This document shows positions 55,736-64,000 of a DNA stretch of 64,000 bases, one piece after another. Position 1 is the first letter of the stretch. Each line of letters opens with the position of its first letter. The notes below the pieces were generated by a model. It saw nothing but the letters and a program-made list of their open reading frames with translations, had not been told where the DNA came from and ran no database searches. Made by a program: the position numbers and the translations under genes. Origin of the DNA: Octopus sinensis (lineage: Eukaryota). The stretch covers positions 30,008,001 through 30,072,000 of the forward strand of contig NC_043013.1 of assembly GCF_006345805.1 (NCBI RefSeq), read 5' to 3'.

Positions 55736-58700
55736 TTGGCCATCCGTAGCCATTTCAAGGGTTTGCCCTCTTCATTCAAGTTCGGTGTCACATCTGCTGA
55801 GATCTGCTTGACATCCCGTAAAGGTTTATGGGTGTTGTTACTGACGTGTGCTGGGGGGTGGGGGGTGAGGGCAGAAGGATGGGAATGAGAGAGGCGCGTT
55901 TGTGTGTGTGTGTATAGACTGGCGTATGTGCATGAATGTGTTTGTATGAATGCAAGACTGTTTACTTATGCGTGTTCACCGGGTGCCTGCGGATAAATGT
56001 CTATGTGTATGTGTACACGTGCGTGTTCCTGTGTGTGTGTGTGTGTGTGTGTGTGTTCCCGTGTGCGTGTGTGCATGTGTGTGTGTGTGTGTGCGTGTTT
56101 ACGCAGGGGCATGTGTATACGTGCACAAGCACGTGTGAACGTGTATCACTGTGTATAACAATTGTCCACATTTATCTGTGTTGATTTCTGCATGACCTGT
56201 TGTCATACACACGTTACCCTATTTGTATCTACGCATACACGTGGGGACACACACACATACATACACACACGAACACACATACACACACATGTAAACGCTG
56301 CGGGATTTGTGGGAGTGGTGATGTGGTTCTCTTACGTACGACGTATATTTTCTATTTATTAGCGGCAATGTCACATTTATGAGAATAGACTCACTCATCT
56401 GCGCGCGCGTGTGTGTGTGTGCGCGCCTGGTTGCGTATGTGTGTATGCTTAACATATATGTATCCACACACATGCATACACCTATACGTGTGCCTGTCAG
56501 TGACAGGTAATAAATACCTTTGCTTGTTTGTCTCCTTACATCTTTCTATATTTGGGCTCTACATCATCCTATATACATGTTGTTCCTTTTACTTTAGTTA
56601 TGGTCGTCGCTGGAAAGACTTCACATTTCTCATACCAAAAAGCTTTCAACGCATTTTCGCATTCATCTTTTTTCTCAATAAATCTTAGTCTCTCTGTCTG
56701 TCTACCTGTCTGTCTACCTGTCTGTCTGTCTTACTGTCCGTGTGTGTGTGTCTCTCTCTATATCTAATCTTCTTTCTCTCAAGTGAAGTGGGGGGAGGGA
56801 GATATTAATGAGATAAATGATACAAAAATGAGAGAAATAAACTGAGTTTTAGAGTAAGAAGTAAGTTAGACATTGATAAAATGCATCGATTAAAAACAAT
56901 AAAAAAGTGAAAGAAAATTCTGGTAAATAAAAACAAAAGATGGGTCAATTTTCATTTCGCGCAATGTTTCGTTTTTCAATTCGCTAAGCTCAAAGGCAAA
57001 TGCTTTCGAATATCAGCGGCTATCTAAAGAACAACATACCTCCCACGTTGGCAACTTTACCCTTGTACATACAGAGGTAGAGATGGATATGGACTTAGCA
57101 CTAGAATAGCTCTTTTGACGAGATTATTGTGTTCATGAAAAAATTTTATTTGTATATGTTAGACATGAGTATTGTATAGTAAACGAAATGTTCTTATATA
57201 GTTTTCTTGTTATATAATATAATGTTCTCAACATTGTATTATATTAAAAGAAAGTAACAATCGTACTTAAAATGTTTAATCATGTTATATAAATAATAGA
57301 AATAATGTGTGCTTTTAATGTGACTGAAGTCATTTGAATATTCAATTCAGACGTAAAAAGAGAATTTATGTTCACATATAATGTTCAGCATCCGCAGGGC
57401 GGTACTAGGCTATTTCGTATTATATATTATAAAATAGAGTATCTTTTTTTTTTCTTTGCAAGAAATTAACTGTCTTGTGAAATCGATATCATTTATGTAA
57501 CAAGTGGTTAATTAAAAGTCCGTAGTTTAATCGTCCATACTAGAGGCTATAATAATTACTTTGTAAAATTGCAAATGAATCAAAATTTACTCCAACTATT
57601 ATTACAACTGCTTCAATTTTTAACTACAAGTGATGGTAGAGATATCAAAGACTTGTGCATATTGTAACAAATATTTTAGGGTAGAATATAATCAGCTGAA
57701 TATATATATATACATGAATTGTAGATATTTTATTGATTTCAGTCGGAATTCATAGAAGATTAGAATTCTCCAAGACTAGTAAATCACCTCGTCTGAATTT
57801 CTATAATTAATTCCAGTCGATATTACTTTCGAGCCAACTGTCGTGTTTCTAAAAAGTTATGAATTGTAAGGAAAGTTCTTAGCCGTTTCAGAGAATAGTA
57901 GCCATTGTATGAAGTATAGACAAAGGAAAATGTAAGTAACGGGCAAACTAAAGTCTTCAAAAATGACATTGGATAATATATTTACACTTCGACTAAACAT
58001 TTTCTTTCTTCAACAGATAAATTAAAGTGAAAAAAAAAACAGAGGGAAAATTTCTCGTTGGAAACACGATGGATAATCTAGACGTCGAAATTTTAAAGTC
58101 TAGCCAGACATTCGAGATATGGTGATTGACAGAGGATATTCGTCTGGTTACCTATATCTCTATACATTCAAGCAGATCGATATTCAGGACAAGATGGGGC
58201 TTCCGGACTGGATATGCAGACTGTGTGGGCTTATATAACTTTAAATAGATAACTGGTCAGTGGCTTTATTGAGACATCTTATGATGGCGGTGGGGTGGGA
58301 TAAATCGATTAAATCGAGCTCAGTGCATCAAGTGTAATGACCAAAAATAGTTATTATGAAATATTTAGTGAATAATAGAGAAGTGTCAACCAAGTCACGT
58401 TACATTCAGATAACCCATACAGAAGCAGATCATCTCGTTGGTCGATTGAAATGCTAGAAATAACAACTCCCTCAAGGGACATATTTTCTTTAAGACGACA
58501 TGTTTATGATTCAAGCCTGTTATCATACATATACTTAATGAAATTTGGAACAGTAAATACTACTATTCTGATATGTACCTCTGAGCAAAATTTGGTGTGT
58601 GTGTATGTGTGTGTATTTGTGCGTGATTTTCTATTCTTAAGGTCATTAAGGGCTACGCAAAAACGAATTATTTAGAGAGAAATTTAAGACCAACTCATTT

Positions 58701-58872
58701 ATTAATTCACCAGTGATGCTATGCTTATCAGAGCTTCGAAATGTTAATGCTTATTATTTTGTTGTAAAAAGTCAGTGGATTGGTAGAACCGCCGCTCAGT
58801 TGAAACAACGATTATATGATTATTTACATTATTTACATTCGACGGATATTTGTCCTCATCTTATTTGTTGTT

Positions 58873-58918
58873 AACCCAATGTTTCGGCTGATATACCCTC
58901 CAACCTTCTTCAGGTGTC
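58873..58918 (-). ncRNA. Minimal type-I hammerhead ribozyme-like motif (slightly decayed)
   Basis: GACAC-CTGAAGA-A-GGTTG-gagggtatat-CAGCC-GAAAC-AT-T-GGGTT: canonical CUGANGA and GAAA core; ACAT in place of the palindromic ACGT. Confidence 0.6.
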
Positions 58919-58967
58919 TTGGGGAAATTTCGAACCTTGGTTCTCATTCCTAAGGTAGTTTCCGATA

Positions 58968-59032
<65 letters not shown>

Positions 59033-59040
59033 TATTATTA

Positions 59041-59588
59041 TTCTATGGTTGACTTTTGCTTTATGTCTGTACAAGTTGGCTCCGGGTCTCACCCAGAGAC
59101 CTCAAGAGACAACAGGTTGGAAGTTCACGTTGTTGTTATGCCTAGTGTGCCATATATTTGGGGTTTTTTGGTGTTGTACTAGTGAATGTCTAATACATAA
59201 ATAAAAAAAAACGTTTGTTTTAAACCTTGGGATTACATAGAGAGTATTTTGCGTAGGATATGAGCAGTTCCCATGAGCACTATCTTTTGAATTTCAAGCA
59301 CTGGAGGTGGATTGTGTTCCCACCAGTTTTTTTCATGGGGCAAATCCAGGTTTTTGCAAATTACCCAGTGAATATATTGTGCAGCTCTATCATACCTGTT
59401 GAGGTACTCTGTAGGCGCTAGAAGACTGCATTTGGAGACAACATGATCAATGGTTTCATTTTATTGTCGGCATACACGACATGTTGGGCTACTGCCGTTC
59501 TTTAATATGTTGGCCTGGTAGTTTCTTGTTGGTAGACATTGATCTTGAGCTGCTATGATAAACCCTTCTGTTTCAGATTTTAAGCCAG

Positions 59589-59590
<2 letters not shown>
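59041..59590 (-). mobile_element. R4/Dong-type non-LTR retrotransposon 3' fragment between (TAA)n tracts
   Basis: 59589-59233: SGLKSETEGFIIAAQDQCLPTRNY..CRVCRQ*NETIDHVVSKC..EYLNRYDRAAQYIHWVIC..WWEHNPPPVLE/IQKIVLMGTAHILRKILSM*; CCHC knuckle present. Confidence 0.85.
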
Positions 59591-59654
<64 letters not shown>

Positions 59655-59738
59655 GAGTGAGAGAGCAGTTCATGCCATCAAAATGACACTGGGGTAAAAT
59701 ATACGAAGCCCAATATACCCATATTATTATTATTGTTG

Positions 59739-59779
<41 letters not shown>

Positions 59780-59784
59780 GTTCA

Positions 59785-59860
59785 GATCACTGCTCGGAAT
59801 CGAATTCGGAATCTTGGGGTTAGTAGCCCGCGCTCTTAACCACTACTCCATATGTCCGTG
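59785..59860 (-). mobile_element. tRNA-like SINE head fragment
   Basis: Reverse complement gagtagtggttaagagcgcgggctactaaccccaagattccgaattcgattcc. Confidence 0.6.
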
Positions 59861-60189
59861 GGCATAAAATAAATATAGAACTGAACGATTATATGACTTG
59901 TGGTATTTTGTGACGTCCCTTTCTATCTAGAATTCGAAAGTGTAGAAGTTCACTTTGCAGTTAGCTATTATCTTGCGTCCACTTGGCGTTTCGCAAATGA
60001 AATACGAATTACGGGTGAGGAATCAACAAAATAGGTACCAGTGGAATACAGGGTCAAATTTGATGAACTACACTTCTTGAAATGTGTGAAGTTTTAGGTA
60101 TAATTTAGAAATTATTATATAACCCGGATAACAGAGTCTCAATAATGCTCTTTATCACTTCGTAGAATATAATCCTTTGTATTATAGAC

Positions 60190-60287
60190 ACAAGGCCTGA
60201 AGTTTTTGCGAGAACACTAGTTGATTACATCGACCCCAGAATTTCTCTGGTACTTAATTTAACGACCCCGAAAGGATGAAAGGGGTT
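60190..60287 (-). mobile_element. SINE family B fragment
   Basis: gattacatcgacccc...tacttaatttaacgaccccgaaaggatgaaagg. Confidence 0.65.
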
Positions 60288-60468
60288 CGTAAAATATAAT
60301 GTGGAATATACCGTCGAATTTCTGCTTCAGTTTCGGGTGGCTGATGGAAAACATAAGATAAACAATATTGAAATTCTGACAGTTTTTCAGTTCTGGAGAG
60401 TAACAGTACGCGGGAAGTCTTTAATGCAATGAAAGAAGATAAACGATTGCATTAAATTAGCTTTCTTA

Positions 60469-60697
60469 TTTCTTTATTGCCCACAAAGGGCTAAACATAG
60501 AGGGGACAAACAAGGACATACAAAGGAGTTAAGTCGATTACATCGACCCCAGTGCGTAACAGGTACTTACTTTATCGACCCCGAAAGGATGAAAGCCAAA
60601 GTCGACCTCGGCGGAATTTGAACTCAGAACGTAGTTGCAGACGAAATGCCGCTAAACATTTCGCCTGGCGTGCTAAAGATTCTACCAACTCACCGCC
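60469..60697 (-). mobile_element. SINE family B-headed copy, near full length
   Basis: gtcgattacatcgaccccagtgcgtaac...gtcgacctcggcggaatttgaactcagaacg...caactcaccgcc. Confidence 0.85.
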
Positions 60698-63199
60698 TTT
60701 TAAATTGGCTTTCTTAAAGGAATTTTTTGCGATGCGCTAGTTTAGAGATGTTAGCAAGCTATGCGGGCCATGCAAAATGTCAAGGTAACGAAACACCACA
60801 GTGACGCTCGATTATTTGCAATGTGTTACAGCTACCATTAGAGGCTGAACATTTGGCACTAGTGAGCAAGGGGGAGTGGTTGCAATGCGATATTAATGTC
60901 TCAAATGTCTATGAATATGCTATTATAAGTCATATTCGAATTGTGTAACCAGTCAGTGTAGAGATTTTGGTAAGTAGTTATAACTATATTATATACTTGA
61001 GTTCACCAGTGGAAATTATTGGAGATATTGTGAGGCATAGCATTGGTATCCTTTTTGATAAAATTATTTTAGTTGTCTGTTGATTGAAATAGTGCAAGCT
61101 TAGAGTAAGTTTTCTTGATTACATAGAGATGAAACTTCTTTAATACTTAATTTTTCGACCCCGAAAGGATAAAAGGGCTTCGTAAAATATAATGTGGAAT
61201 ACACTCTCGAAATTCCGCATAGAGATGAAACTTGTATAAGGAAGGAGAAGGCAAAGCTGAAGTAAGATATTTTAGAAACTCTGTAAACGACTAACAGCAA
61301 CTGTATTCGTTATTGATTTACAGAATAAAGAGTTTGGACTATTATAACCGAAGACTATTAAAATCCAGTGTTTGTGAAACGTAGGACGGATAAAGGGTTA
61401 TACTGCGATAAGAGGATCTGTAATTAAATCCGTGACCCAAGTGCTGGGAGGGGGATCAAACATATAATTAGAAAAGTTAGATAATATCCTTCTATATTAG
61501 AAACTGCCCAAATCCCATCACTTAAATCAGAGGTAAATTCTCTTTCGTGAAATTTTCAAGTATAATATTGAGGACTCACGAGTATTTCAGTATAGAAGGA
61601 AACTGCAGTAAATAGTTGTATTCTACTCTTGCACATTTCACCTGTAATCTGAGAGGCTGTACACTCGATACTCATAAACAAACGCTATTGGCCTGACACT
61701 AGTCTTTGCGACCAATGTGGTTGGGAGTAAAGTCTACCTCGTTCGTGACTTACTTTAAATATGCACAGTTTTGTTCGCTGATGTCTTTTTTTAATGTAAT
61801 TCCCTACGTTGTCTGTTTTTTTTTTAATTTTCGGAAAAAAAATGCGGCCATTATTTATGAACATTTTTGGTTTTCATTAGCCGTGTTATAGTTTGAAAAT
61901 ATTTATGCTTATATGAATACTTTAATAATATATTTATTAAAAAATAGATTAAAATATAGAATTCCGATTTTTGAATTATGTAGACAATCAATGAGTCTAT
62001 CCTATATTTTTGAACACCACGCTGGCATACTTGTTTATATATATATATATTTCCAATTACTTTGGCAATCAATTTCTTCACAAATCGTCAATATTAAGAT
62101 GTTCTCTATTATATTTGATTTTAGATTTACATTTATGGTAAACCATTCCACCATTTTTTTTTCGTTCAGAGATCTAGTAGACAATTTTCATAGCGTACTT
62201 CATTCTATGCATTTTTCTCTTTGTTAGTTAATCCTTGCTCATATTTCTTCTGTAAAATACTTTCCTCATATTTCTTTTGTGAAATGCCATTGGTTGTTGA
62301 TGGAAATCATTAAAATACTTTACAGCATATCTCTTCAATCATCCTAACGTAATCTCGTTTCTTTAAATTAGGTGCTTCTGTTCTTCTAAACAATGTTGGA
62401 AACAATATTGGCACCTGCGTTAGATAAAAATCTATGAAAGTCGGACAGATACGTTATTGAATTATAAGGAAGGGTAAGTGTAGTATTTTTTTCTTTTACC
62501 TTTCCTTTGATAATCACTGGATTTTATAATGATGAATTATTCGTATATGTTTATTTCAAACTTAGAATAGATTTTAAACTTATTGATTTTATGCTAAGCA
62601 TCGGAAATTGCATTAGTAAATAAACTAATGGGTCTAGTAAATGTTCTATAGTCTAGCCATGTGTATCATGTATTTTCCTGTATGTGTAGCATGCCAGTAT
62701 ATGTGCGAGAAAATATATTGATCAGCGAATTCATGAGTGTTTAGTAAACATTTTAAGATTTTCTTCGAAGATTGTATGTTGTTTTCTTTTCTTAGGAATG
62801 AAAGATTAGTAAATGATACAATTGTTCAATACTTTTTGTTTTTCTGGAGAGGGGGAGGTGTCAGGTATGGAAGAAGAGTCCGTTATCATTAAAAGTGCAG
62901 TAAATCTATAACGACAACCGCTGTGGTTACGATGATATTGGCGGTCTTCCAGCCGTCATTCAAGCATTTGGCCACTTTCAAACGCACCACCATGTCTCCG
63001 CAACGATACTTATCTCATTTTATATCTGAACCCATACGAACCAATTTCAGATGGGAAAGAATAATAATCCCCTAGTGGGTCTGTTGTTAATCATTCTGTA
63101 TCTAAAACTGATTGCTATAATGTCTACTATCAATTTAAAGAATGTCCTAACCGCTGAGCGATAAGATATTTCAAGGTCATAGCTTGTTGCAAATATCGT

Positions 63200-63557
63200 G
63201 GCACTCCGTCGATTACGACGAGGAGGGTTCCAGCTGATCCGATCAATGGAACAGCTTGCTCGTGAAATTAACATGCAAGTGGCTGAGCACTTCACAGACA
63301 CTTGTACACTTAATGTAGTTCTCGGGGAGATTCAGCATGACACAGCGTGTAACAAGGCTGACCCTTTGAAATACGGATACAACAGAAACAGGAAAAAAGG
63401 GTGAGAGAAACCTGTGGTGAAAGAATACAACAGGGTTCGCAACCACACCATGCCGGAGCCTCGTGGTGCTTTAGGTGTCTTCGCTCAATAAACACTCACA
63501 ACGTCCTGTCTGAGAATCGAAACCGCGATACTATGAACGCAAGTCCGCTGCTCTAAC
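63200..63557 (-). mobile_element. SINE family C-related copy
   Basis: Shares gctcgtgaaatt...gtagttctc.gggagattcagc.tga...ccctttgaaatac with 26900-27152. Confidence 0.8.
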
Positions 63558-63566
63558 TTGCAAATA

Positions 63567-63708
63567 TAAGGTTGTCCCAAAAGTTCGTAGAAAGTCTTGG
63601 AAAATAATGGTCTTTATTTTGAGGAATAATTTTTGTTGTTTTTGTTAGTACTTGGCGAGTAAAAATTCAATTTTCGCAAGTGTTTACGAACTTTTGGAAC
63701 AACCTAAT
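63567..63708. mobile_element. Mariner/Tc1-derived MITE with TA target duplication
   Basis: ta-taaggttgtcccaaaagttcgta ... tacgaactttttggaacaacctaa-ta. Confidence 0.75.
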
Positions 63709-63944
63709 ATATAAAGAATTTCTAGCACTAAATCATATGCCTTGAAACTTGATCTCCATTCGTACAAACATTAAACATGCTGACGTTGCTGTTCAAGTCA
63801 GATTATATGTAGATTCTTTCTTCACTAAACCCTTTAGTGTCATATTGAATATGAAATATTAAGAGAAAATTTCAAAATTCTTTATTTGCTGTTTTATTGC
63901 ATACTGAGTTGTAAACATAATAGACATAGTAAGTTGTACCCTGT

Positions 63945-64000
63945 GGAGGCGCAATGGCCCAGTGGTTAGGTCAGTGGACTCGCGGTCGGAGGATCGCCGT
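63945..64000 (+). mobile_element. tRNA-like SINE head, cut by the window end
   Basis: ggaggcgcaatggcccagtggttagg with A-box-like TGGCCCAGTGG. Confidence 0.6.

Noticed and set aside
62925-63000. GYDDIGGL peptide resembling the AAA-ATPase N-linker
   Set aside because: No following LxExVxLPL or Walker A motif; coincidence

Overview
AT-rich eukaryotic (not prokaryotic) non-coding DNA dense in microsatellites. Its tRNA-headed SINE families and simple-repeat load match my recollection of octopus/coleoid genomes, so the organism assignment is inference. No intact protein-coding gene, rRNA, tRNA gene or CRISPR array is supported, and most ORF-track entries are translations of (TA)n/(CA)n/(TATC)n tracts. 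Supported content: about 18 SINE copies from several families; three Penelope-like GIY-YIG remnants plus several Penelope-like terminal modules with hammerhead-ribozyme-like cores; a CR1/L2-type LINE 3' end that shares its tail with the commonest SINE; two R2/R4(Dong)-type restriction-like-endonuclease LINE remnants, one embedded in (TAA)n; a mariner transposase 3' end; five MITE-like fold-backs; and a near-identical 1-kb tandem duplication. The most notable structure is a diverged ~4-kb long inverted repeat at about 29.0-33.0 kb. Several stop-interrupted or exon-like minus-strand frames (4.2-5.1 kb and 33-41 kb) may be decayed receptor-like coding sequence, but this is low confidence.
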